Shown in pieces: positions 49,255-60,730 of a stretch of 64,000 nt of DNA (the first letter of the stretch is position 1; the number at the start of each line of letters is the position of its first letter). The translations under genes were made by a program, and so were the position numbers. The notes under the pieces are model-generated. The model had not been told where the DNA came from and made no database searches. It saw only the letters and a list, made by a program, of their open reading frames with translations. The stretch is from Lytechinus pictus (lineage: Eukaryota). The stretch lies in assembly GCF_037042905.1 (NCBI RefSeq), contig NC_087250.1, positions 16,990,001-17,054,000 of the forward strand, written 5' to 3'.

Positions 49255-50570
49255 TCAAGTTCAAGTTCAAGTTTTATTTCATTTCTCAACTCAATACAAG
49301 ATAAGGAATAATTACACAGATATAAAATGATAACCGTACAAATCAATACAAATTAATATACATTGCAAGCAATATGACTATACAAGAAAGTAAATAAATG
49401 TTTATGGTAAACACTAAATAACGTGATAATTATATTAACCAATAACAATATATACAATGGAAATAGAACAAAATGTCTGCCATTCTCGGAATAAAAATAT
49501 ATAAAAAATGCAAGTAGCCTTTATAACTCTTTTTTTTTTTCAATAAGTAAGGTTGAGTAAATGGAGGGATCCACTAAAAAGCAGGGCTTGTTGAGTGTGG
49601 ACCCCTCAGAGAATTAAAGATTTGTAAAGTACAGGTATAAAACGAAAATGAGAATGAGAGAGAGAAAAAAAAGAATAAGCTTGATGTGATGGTCGATGAA
49701 GAAATACCGAGATAATGGATGAAGAATTATATCAAAAGGATAGGGTGGTGCACATGTGTGGTTGAAAGAAGAAGAGAAGAAAGAGAAAAAAAAAAGCAAA
49801 AGAGTGAAGGGCATAAAACCGATGAAGGAGAATGAGCGGAAGAGAGCGAGGTAGAGAGACGGTCAGGGAGGGGGGGGGAGAAAGAGGAGGGTAAAAGGGA
49901 TTGGTTATCGACTGTTCAATTGGAATTTGCTTTATATGATTCAATAATTTGTTTCTTCAGTTTAATATTAAAACTGTTCAAACTGGCAGCATTTACGATG
50001 TCATTGCTGAGTGAGTTCCAGTATTTAGGGCCATAGAAGGTAATTGTTTTTTGTGCGAAGAGAGTACGGGTACGGGGAAGGTGGAAGCGACGGGATTGTC
50101 GGGTTGGATAATTGTGAATAGTGTTGTTTTTTTGTAAACATGATCATCAAAATGTTTGGTAATTTATTTGTGTTCAGTTTGTACATGAATTGTCCTGTAT
50201 GAAAAAGAAATAAATCCGGAAATTTGAGGAGATTCGACTTGTAGAACAAATCATCAGTATGACATCGAAAAGGAGCATTGTGTATAATCCTTATAACCTT
50301 CTTTTGTAGAATAAGCATATTGTCGGTGAGACTCTTGTAGGCGTTACCCCAAGCCAGTATTCCATAATTAAAATACGGAAGTATAAGTGAGAAATGAAGT
50401 GTAAATAGTGTTGATTTTGGAAAGAAATGTCGAAGTTTGTTCATTATACCAACATTCCGCGATACAGTTTTGGAAATATTTTGAATATGAATGTTCCATT
50501 TTAATTTATCGTCAATTGTGAGGCCTAAGAATTTGGTTGATGTGACCTTTTGAGAGGTGTGTTGTCCAAA
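49255..50570 (-). mobile_element. 3' fragment of a CR1/L2-clade LINE
   Basis: ORF 50025-50444 (KLRHFFPKSTLFTLHFSLILPYFNYGILAWG...LQKKVIRII) is the typical post-RT region. The 3' UTR ends in AATAAA and a (TTGAAC)n tail at about 49255-49278. Confidence 0.85.
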
Positions 50571-51629
50571 AGGAAAAACAAATTCTTACACCTCCTTACC
50601 TTGAGACCAGTGTGTGTTCCAAATTTCATGAGAATTGGTTACAAACTGAGGAAGTAGCTCGACATTCAATATAGGCATAAATTCTAAAAAAATTGTTGGC
50701 CATGATTTGTTGGATTTAAACTAGGCTTAAACTACCCCCTGCGCGAGTTTAACTTTTTGAGGATTTATTACCACTCTTAGGCCAGGGTTAACTTAAACCT
50801 TGCTATCGGAACACGAAACTTAAACCTAGGTTTAATATGGCAGTTTATTACCACACTTAGACTAGGGTTAAGTTAAACCACGCTATCAGAATACGGGCCA
50901 TCGTGTTTTCGTGCTTTAGATGTGCTTGAAATCATTATTAAGACTTTCGCAAGCCTGATACTGCCAGACATGAGAAATATTAAGAATAAGAAAAGAGAAA
51001 ACTTCAAAAGAATGAGGGCATCAATTATAATCAGATTTGCTCCTTAGGCGTCCTGACCATTATATTTAACATGACTATAACTGTATTTTATTAACGTCTT
51101 TTTATTTTCTTTGTGTATATTATATTCATGTTGATCTTTTTTTCCAATACCTCGCTGTTCTAAGGTCAATCACTCACTGAACCATACATTTTTCTTTATA
51201 GAAGTCTTAATTTTTTTTAACTTGGGAAATAATATTCGCAATTTTGTCAGTGTTCTTTACAAAAATGTTGAAAGCTCTGTAATGAACACTGACGTTTCAA
51301 CGTTAACGGTATAGAAAAGGAATTCGACAGGGGTGTCCTTTTATCTCCATACCATTTTATTTTAGTTATAGAAATTTCGGACATAAACATGAAAAAATAA
51401 TACATCCAAGGCATAAGATGAAAAAATACTCATGAAATTAAGCTGTCTTTGTGCGCCGACGACATAGCGGTTTATTTGTCAAACTTTAAGTCGTATCACC
51501 ACTTCTATATGCTTATAAAACGTTTTAGTTTACAAAATCCAGTTATACCAATAAATATATTTTCCAACGTTTTGTTTTTTATTCTTGGAATAGACATCTC
51601 TTACTCTTTTGAAGAAATTTTATTTTATT

Positions 51630-53150
51630 TAGCTGCTACAGCAACATGTTTTTCGGCAAAGAAGAGTTTTGAGAAGGGAATGAATGCAGAGTCTACATGT
51701 GACAGTAATTACACGTGGTTACCATGGTTACGTGAGGATGTGGCACTTTCATAGTGCCTTTAAGGTATTTGGGTGTCAGATGATGAAGAATTTAAAGGCC
51801 ATTCACACGTGAATCTTGTATCATCATTGTAATGATGATTGCAATTCGTCTTCAGAACCACCGGACCTTTCACACGGAAAATTCGTACCATAATTTGAGC
51901 GAAACTTAACTGCATGGAATTGTCCTCCGGAGTAGAATTTGAATTCGTGAGTATGATAAGCGTTCGTGATTCTAGTTTCTAGTTTCACGAGTGCTTCGTC
52001 ATTAGTCATATTTTTCACTGGAATCATAATTCAAATTACGATATTTTTTATAGAGATAACAATTGGAGTCTCTTAACTATAGGGTGAAGTATAATTTCTT
52101 GATCCAAAGCGGAAAACTAACCGAGTGGTGCAATTGTAACCTCAAGTCTTCATATTTATCTCAATCTAACAAAACAGTAAGACTATTGCATAAATATAAC
52201 TGATAAAGAGTACTTGCTTTGCACAGCATGGTAGCATGTCCTAAGATCAGTGAATCTATGAATCATCCGCAAAGTCCGAAAAATCATAATTACAATTACA
52301 GACATGCAACCTGATTTACTAATTTGGGGAGACAATGTAATTATATTCACTGCATAATCCAAGAACAGTAGTTTAAGTGGAGATATGTATACATCGACTA
52401 TTAACATTGAGCTGGATATATGTGATATTGACGTCAGATGACGGGAAAAATAAAAGTGATTTCAGATTAGCTATTATTCAGCCATATAGTTGGCATACAT
52501 ATGTTCTTTTTTATTTTTTTTCAAGGGTTTTACTGGTAATTTTAAGAGAGCAAGGGCCAAAGGACCAATAAAGTTTCATAATTATAATCGGCATAAAAAT
52601 AAACTGTAGACCATGTTTATCAATAATGTCAGGGATGTGAGTGGTATACACACTAAAAAGAACTGAACCGATAACTGCCCTTGGGGTACGCCAAACCCAG
52701 TGACCACAGGTCAGATATTAAGCTCCCCAACTTACCCAAGATAACCAACTAGTTATGTAAGACTTCAACAATCCAAGAGCTACTGTACAGCAAATATGGA
52801 AAAGGCAATGGTCATCGGCATAAGTAGATACACACAAGAATAGATTTAATAAAGTCAAATAGTTGAATGCTGGCCTTCCTTTGCTTTCAAGATAAAGATG
52901 TCCGGCTTCAAGTCAATTGTTTTTTCCAAATATGATAAGACAGATACTATGCGCGTTCATTAGGAGATTTTGATACAACGTTGGTTTCGACTGCTTCAAA
53001 GTCTGTATGTCGTACAAACGCTTATCATGGTTTTGATAGGAATGGTATCAATCAGGATCTACTACGTTGGGTGTTTGTGATCTTGTTAACTTTCTCATTG
53101 GCCAGATGATACAATGAATATTCATTATTTACTGGAGGTCGCAAGTGCAT
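51630..53150 (-). pseudogene. Decayed L2/CR1-clade reverse transcriptase fragment
   Basis: Across frameshifts, the minus strand reads ALGLLKSYIT, GVPQG..VIGSVLFSVYTTHIPDIIDKHGL, a YAD motif and C-terminal IPFSKLFFAEKHVAVAA. Confidence 0.7.
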
Positions 53151-53363
53151 GATGACCCAGGCGCGGATCCAAGGTATAGAAAAGGAATTCGACAGGGGAA
53201 TACTTTATCTCCATAAATAAATAAAATGATATTATCATTTTATTTAAGCTATAAATGCCGGATAAAAATATGAGAAAAAAGAAATGTATCCAAGGCATAG
53301 AGATACCTATGTACTTATGTAATTAAGCTGCCTTTTTGCGCCGACGACATAACGGTTCATTTG

Positions 53364-54162
53364 AAGAGTTTTGTTCCAAAAAGAGCTAAATCCACGTTTG
53401 GTATTTTTTGTAAATAAGGTTTTTTTAATCCACCACTTTCCCTTAGCCACTGTTTTTTTTATTTTGATATATATGATAGTACTATCATCTTAGATTAATT
53501 AAATCATGATTTCAAAAATGTAGCATTCATTTTCACCCTTTAAAGAATTCTTGAAATTTTATTTTTCGTGGATTTAGCTCCTTTTAGAACAAACCCTAGT
53601 AAAATGTTAATTTTTGCCAATTTAGACATGTTTCATATTGGAAATCGAACACGAAACACATTAATATGGCTAGCAGAGTACATTTCCAATCTTTTCTGAT
53701 ATTTATCCATTGAAATTTACAAAAAGAAAAATAATAACTTTTTGTCATCTTTCTCTAAGGACGGTGACTTTTTGATAACAAATTCCAAAAGGAGCTAAAT
53801 CAGAAAATATTCATAAAAATTGTTAAATTAATTTTTTTCATCAAAATTTGCACTGATGATGCGAACTTGTATCCACAACATATACCTAGAAAATTAAATG
53901 CATAACTTTATTTCAAATAGGATAAATAACCAGTTTTAAATAACCGCATAGTGGATTTAGCTCCTTTTGGAACAAAACTGCTTTGGATTTAGCTCCTTTT
54001 GGCACAAAACTCAAATTTGCAATCAATTTTTACAAAACTTTCCTTTCTTTTTTTCATATGCGATATGTTGCATTTGATTCCCACGTCTATAATACAGATA
54101 TTTGTATCAAAAAATAAATTTTGGTCAAAAGTGGATTTAGCTCCTTTTGAAATCAAGCTCGT
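53364..54162. mobile_element. 800-bp TIR element with a 6-bp TSD
   Basis: AAGAGTTTTGTTCCAAAAAGAGCTAAATCCAC and GTGGATTTAGCTCCTTTTGAAATCAAGCTCGT. TSD CATTTG (53358-53363, 54163-54168). GGATTTAGCTCCTTTT is repeated internally. Confidence 0.75.
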
Positions 54163-55734
54163 CATTTGTAAAACATTGAGTCGTAGCATCACCTCATGGT
54201 AGCTCTAAATGATTTTCAATTATGGTCATCACTTTCATTATATTGTGATAAGACGAAAGCAGTGTTTATAGGACATTTTAATCTGCAAAATCCAGTTATA
54301 TCAATAGATATGTATTTAATTTTTTTTTACAATTCTTGGAATAGACGTCTCTTACTCGTTTGAAGATAGAATGGCGCAATTACATAAAATCTTATCCAAC
54401 ATTATTAAAGTCATTAACTCAATTTGGAAAGCCAAGAATATAATCATTATACGGGATATTCCAAATTGTGGAATATTTTGCTACCTCTCAGCTTTTATAT
54501 GCAGCCAGCATACTTATCAATCCATTATTCATTTATTCACAAGGTAAACACTTTACTGTTTGCATTCATATGGGGTGGCCCTGATATTAAAAAGTAAAAC
54601 GTGAAGTTTTTGTTAAAAAATACGATGATGGTGGGTAAGAGATGACTTGTATCAAATCGATTATTCAAGCTCAGAAAATTATACGAGTTTCGAGATCTTT
54701 TTTATCTTCATCTTCGAAGGGTCGGAAAGATTCATGCCTAGAACTGTCACCGGTCGAAGGAAAATACATTTTATATAGTCATTTTGATGTGAAATATTTA
54801 AATATTGAAATGTCAGATTGGTTGATATAACTATCGGGGAACGACTATTGAAATAATACTCGTGACACACAATGAATTTCAAAATAAGGTTAGCACTTTT
54901 CATTCACTTTGAGAAAAAAAACATAGTAAACATGTCATAAATGGGACAATTTTAGGCTAGATAGAAACATACATGACAGAATAAACTGGTAGAATCAGGT
55001 ATAAGAGTGGGGTGCATGGTTGGTGTATGTTAACAGTAACAACCGTTATCCACTGTTCACACGACACGTTTATTATTACCTTTTAATTTCAAATTTTTGA
55101 GACCATGCAAGCAACCAGATTTTACCAACAAAACTTTTGTTATCAGAATGAAATGTAGACCTAGATCTACACGCATAAAGCACATCAGTTTTGGCATGAT
55201 TAGATCCAACATAAATCCTCGATTGAAGAGCAGTCAGATATTTTTCATTAATGTTGTAAATAAGAAAAGGAGATTACAAATTATTTCATCGCAATATCTA
55301 GTACTTCTAACTGTCTTATGCTGCATACCTCCATTTCCTTATCCTCACAATGATCCATTCCTTAAAATCGGAATTTGTAATCTTAAACGATTAAACAGGA
55401 ACAATTCTTCGTGTGAATGCGATGCTGTGGACTGTCTAATATGACAGGTGGGAGAAAAACTTGCGCGCAATAATTGGTCTATATTATCTATGCTAGATAA
55501 CGAGTTGAAAGGCGCAGCACACGTCGATTGTATGCAATGTGCCATTCACGGGTTCACAGAGCAACTTGGAACCCATTGTCTTGATTGTTTGAATGAAACC
55601 GACAATAGGTGTTCCTTTGTTCAATTTACATACTAGGAATACCAAGCTTAGATTATTTAATTTACTTAAATAACATTTAAAATAACTGTACAACCTCTTT
55701 TTGGATTTTTTTTCTTCAAACGTATATATCTACT

Positions 55735-56005
55735 GATTAACGAACCTTATTTCGTTTTCGGACTTACGAACCTTCGGAATTACGACCCTCATTTCGTTTT
55801 CGGATTAACGAACCTTCGGAATTACGAACCTCACTTCTTTTTCGGACTAACGAACCTTCGGAATTACGAACCTCATTTCGTTTTCGGACTAACGTACGAA
55901 CCTTCAGAATTACGAACCTTCGGAAATACGAACCTTTGGAATAAAGAACCTTCGGAATATCCGAACCTTCGGAATAACGAAGCTTCGGAATTACGAATGT
56001 ATGCG
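55735..56005 (-). mobile_element. TTCCGAAGGTTCG-repeat MITE, partial copy 4
   Basis: Same repeats and the same terminus ATTACGAATGTATGCG; the other end is missing. Confidence 0.8.
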
Positions 56006-56789
56006 GAGGAAAAAAGCCAAACCACTCTACGATAGCCTCTCTGATAATGGAAAATACGATCCCTTTGTTTCGCGCCGTGTTGAGCCTTGATTCAGATTAG
56101 TAGTGTGGAGCCTCAGTTCTATGCGGCACAACACACTCATATACGAACATGTGGGACTGTTGCATTGGTTTAGATGAGTCACGATTATTTTTAACATTGG
56201 AATTGGAACAGGGCTATTTTACATAACCGTTAATACAGACAATTACATTGCACAAGATATACAGGGATACAAAATTGATATTTTTGGCACGTACTCATAG
56301 CATTTATTTTGTTGCAAGTCAAAAGAGAGTAAATTTTAAAAGAGGTTTTTTTTTTTTTTTTCGGACGTACAATATCTTCCCAAAATTCACATTTTAAGCT
56401 CATTTTCACGACATTAGACTAATGTACGGTTTAGAAATGTATTACTTTCTTCATTTCGTTAGATATCACGCCATCAATTTTAGTAATTAGTGAGATCTTG
56501 GCCTCTAAATTTGTAAACTCTTTTTCGCACCGTTCAGATACACTTGTTTAATGCAAATAATGCGCGCTCGCGAACGATTTGAAGACCTATAATTGGGGTG
56601 TAGCGTAGTCTAGATTCTAGACGTCGGTGTACTTGATATTTCTCTCCCCTTGCTTCATTCTCCCCTGCGCGCCATCCCCAGTGATCGCGCTATCCCACAG
56701 AGATACGATCTTACGTATACGTAAGCTCCCGAAGGGAGCTAGAGAGGGAACTCTTTCCGCGCGTTTTTTATTTTCCATAGGTTTTGTAC

Positions 56790-56996
56790 ATAACAAACAT
56801 GGCTGCCATTTGGCCAATTTGAAGTTTGATTTTGGAAGGTCAATGTTTAATTCATGAGTAATGACGTCAAAATACGCACAATGCACTTGTGTGATTGGAT
56901 AAAACGCTAATGTTTTATTCATGTCCTCATGCATTAAACATTTTTTTCCATCCCACAATTCCCTACGATATCTGTGCGAAGTGTCGTTCTTTTTTA
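56790..56996 (+). promoter_or_regulatory. Candidate housekeeping-type promoter
   Basis: YY1-like AACATGGCTGCC (about 56796), CRE TGACGTCA (about 56862), reverse CCAAT ATTGG (about 56894) and TCT/5'TOP-like TTCTTTTTT (56987-56995), in a locally CpG-richer stretch. Confidence 0.4.
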
Positions 56997-59900
56997 CTTC
57001 GCGAAATTCAACTTTTTGAAGTACAATAGCAAGACTAATTAACTGTTTATAGAATTAGTGTCCGGAATCATGATTTCTGAGTGAAATTCAGTTGAGCAGA
57101 AAATCTTTGAGGCAACATCTACATCAAAGTAATGGCATTCCATACAAATTAAAGTAAGTTATGTTCAATTTCGTGCTTTGATCTCAGTTGTAATTGTGAT
57201 GTGTTTGATGGGGTTCGGCGTCGCAATCAGGGCCATACCGGTACCGGTATGTGCAGTTTACTACGTAAACCACAATTTCCATTTCTTTTTCCTGATCCCA
57301 AATAAGTCTGAGATCTGACTGACATATTTTCTCAGAAAATAATACAGTTTTTCGTAGAACTAAGTTTGTTAATTTTAATTAGAATGCTTCATGTCCGTCC
57401 TTATGTATTTCAGTTCTATTGTATATCAGGGGTAGATGTGGACTTGTTCAGTAACGGCAAAGCTGCATCAAATCTAAGCCTAATATAGTCAGAGCGGGAT
57501 ACGGCCTTTGATGCCGCCGGTGCCAGCCGGCTGCGAAATCGCCGATATAAGCTAGGTCATTAGGTGTTGGGAATTAGTGCCAAACTAACCAGGAGCTCCC
57601 TGGGTCAGTGTCAAACAAGCTTGAGTTGAAGTTTGAAGTTGGGCCTGGGCCTACTGATTTTTTGACACTGCTATTTCATCTTTATATGAATCAATATAAT
57701 TATCTGCATTTAATTAAAAAGAAATTAAATTAAAATGAAATTAACTAAATCTATTTGGAATGATATTGATAGATTTTGCCATGGTTATGCAATGTCAATG
57801 ATTTGAGACAGATTTTAGTCTTTTTTTTTTACTAAAGTAAGGCCCTCCTGCCCTATAGGATAGGTCTAACTTAGATCTAGATTTCTAAAATGAAATTCTA
57901 TATCTGTCTGATTTAACTTTATTTTAGTCCCTGCCTGGACCATTGGACTAAAATTATAATTAGCCTAACATAACGGAGTTAAATGATTCTTATTTTCGGG
58001 GGCCAACATTTCTTTGTCAGGTTTCAACTTATAACGTCTTTGGGTTTCAAACTGCTAAATTATCGTATGCCATGAGTGTGCAATTTTTATGGGAAGGGTT
58101 GAGAAAATTCATAGTGTCCCATTTTGAATTTTATAAGTATAAGCAGAGAGAGGAGCAGATCCGATTGATTTATCTTTATTGTCCTCCTCACTTGACCATA
58201 TTAATGGTGAAAGGCAAAGGGTCATTTAAACTTGCAAGCAAGCTAACCTTTTTTTTATCAAAATTAAACTTAAAGAGGAACTCACTTAGACGTAGAGATT
58301 CACATGTTTATAGACGAGTGCAAAAAATTAAATAATTGTCTCGCACTGGTGAATGAGCGAGAGCCAAATTATCACACAAATATTAATTATCCTATATCTG
58401 TCAAAGCTGGCTTGGTGTATATATATTGAAGATTGACAAAAGGCCTCGCTATAGTAGGCCATGTATGCTTGAACCATTTACTGACTCTTATTGACAATGA
58501 AGATGGTCAGCGGAAACAGAGCCAGGTAGGCCTATGCCTATTTTGTCAGTGGAACATGATACAGAGAGAAGGGAAGTTTTCAGTCAAGACCAGCTTTTCT
58601 TTCTAGTTGGGAATATTCATAGGCTTAGGATATGACAAGCTGGAAATTTTGAAAATATTGTTTTAAAAGAGGAATTTATTTATCACCTCTAAAATTCTAA
58701 ACTGTAAAGTACATGTATTGTGTGTATTTTTCATTGCAGATCCAATGGAATCAAGTTCTTAGCAGTCCCAGCCCAGTCAGAAGTACAAAGTCAACTACCA
58801 TTTGCACATCACCAAGAGTTACAATCTGATGAGGAACAGGATATCTGAACTAAAAACTTGCAAGGTATGCTTGTTTTCGTAAGAAATGCCCCCTATTTTA
58901 TTTATTTATTGTATTATTATTATTTTTTTTTTTTTGGGGGGGGGCTATAGCAACTTTTTCTGAATCATTTAATTCCATATAGTAAAGCTCCATTGTGAGT
59001 TAATATTTATTTGGATTCAGATTCACCATTCCATTCTCATCAATGCATACTTATTGTCCATGTCTCTCATCTATATTAGTCATACAGAATATCACTTTAA
59101 AACTCAGTTACTCTGTAGACAGAAATAAAAAGGACAAAATATTGAGAATAATCTTATGATATATATTTGAATGAGTTTACACACTTAATCAAAAAAGTTC
59201 TATGAATAATGATCTATAAATAGTGATCTATGATTTTTATCTGGCTATATAGATTACTACATGTGCATTATCTAAATAATATTGCATGGAAGAGTAGGGC
59301 CTAATAAAAAGTTTTAAAATTCTTAATAAACTGGACTAGATGAGTAAGAATAATTTGTATCAGCAGCTCATTTTGTTCTTTTCTCTTTTTTGTTTACCAT
59401 GCAGGTTTTGCAGGTTGTTTGCGTATCACCAGGGCAGATTAAGAAGAAATATATTGGCCAAGTTCATAATAAGTAGTTACTTCATCACAATTACACATTT
59501 TAAAAATTGAATGAATTTGAATAAATGTGTCAATACATATTGAATGTTGCTTGAACTACACATCTGTAGAAAAAATAATAACATTGGAGCATAAATATTT
59601 AAGTCCATAGGTTTCACACAAGATTAAAATATTTTCCCAAAGGGCACACCTACCCACCCTTTATTAAAGTTCTAATCATCTAAATGGAGTACTTATAGTA
59701 GTGAAATAACTTTTAATATTACTAGTTTGAAAGGGATAGGTTGTTTTCTGGTAATATAATCAATTCAGAATGGGTCTTTACTGAGGTCTGGGCTATGTAA
59801 CATACATGCCTACAGACATACATAAGACAATAAGAAATAATGGGTTTTCATTGAAAAATGTGCATACTAAAAACAGGTGAAGGAACAAAGGACTAAGAAA

Positions 59901-60730
59901 TCACTCTCATTCCTGGACCCCATTTCATTAAGACTAACCACTACCCTAACTTTGCCATTCTAGTTACTATTACCATGGAAACATTAAAGCAACAGATCAA
60001 CATTGAGGTTCCCATGCTAGTTGCTGGTTACAATTGGGGCAAATTTACAATAATTGAAGTCTTCATAAAACAAGGACCCAGCTGTAGTGCTGGACATTAA
60101 GCTGTTGAATTTATTTTTTGAGAAGTGAAAAGTGGCACTGTTTTGTTTGTTTTTAATCCCTTCTTATTCTCATAACACTGTATTGTCCATGTCCCGTATT
60201 ATGAACTAAATTAGCTCTGCAAATAAAAAAAATGTTGGAAAAAGAACACAGCACTTCACAACGATAGACAATATGCAATTTTGTTACTGATTTACTAATA
60301 TGCAGATTTGGGAAGGCACTCTTTAGAGAAATGTGGAAATAGGCTCCTCTTTCTTGTGAAGTGCCCCCAGTTAGATTAACAGGCTATTTCTTGTCAGCAA
60401 ATGCTGAAAAAATTACCTGATATTTGAGTAACCGACTTTGAGAGAGAGGTATATTAATCTTTTTAATGACATCCTTGATGCCCCATTATATTGAATATAC
60501 GTATAAGGCTTATCAATGCCCGTGAAAGTGAATATACGTACTTATTTTTTTATTTCTTTTTTTTCTCTAGATTTTACCCAAAAATACATCCGTCCCCTTG
60601 TAACAACCTTGCAGTTTCTGTTGCTTTCATCATATGCATTTTGCTGATGTAATGTGATGCTTTGGCGAAAAAAAAGGATAGGAATATTTTTATCACGTAT
60701 TCAAAAATTGATTCCTTAATAAACATTTTA
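56989..60730 (+). ncRNA. Candidate spliced non-coding transcript (possible snoRNA host)
   Basis: Donor AA|GTAAGT at 57154. Exon 58740-58864 (TTTTTCATTGCAG|...AAG|GTATGC) has stops in all three frames. Polypyrimidine acceptors at 59404 and 60570. AATAAA at about 59520 and 60718. Confidence 0.35.
59916..60078. mobile_element. Old PIF/Harbinger-type MITE
   Basis: CTG|GACCCCATTTCATTAAGACT...AGTCTTCATAAAACAAGGACC|CAG, with degenerate TIRs related to those of the 16459 element. Confidence 0.55.

Larger units (their letters stand above)
46730..50670 (+). repeat. Tandem array with a period of about 160 bp carrying GTTACCATGGCAAC, interrupted by MITEs and a LINE
   Basis: Perfect motif at 46882, 48219, 48601, 48764, 48924, 49085 and 49235. 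Units share TTTCATGAGAATTGGTT. The array resumes after about 50570. Confidence 0.8.
41669..50899. mobile_element. PIF/Harbinger-type element expanded to 9.2 kb by nested insertions
   Basis: TIRs GGCCCGTATTCTG(C/A)TAGC and GCTATCAGAATACGGGCC. Matching TAAACC/GGTTTAA-rich subterminal repeats at 41690-41830 and 50715-50880. Flanks ATT and ATC. Confidence 0.7.
51290..55660 (+). pseudogene. Highly decayed third L1/Tx1-type ORF2, fragmented and partly duplicated
   Basis: KGIRQGCP...FILVIEI (51316-51376), ADD (51454), a repeat of both at 53173-53350, then FAFIWGG, DDGG and FQF-like motifs downstream. Confidence 0.6.
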
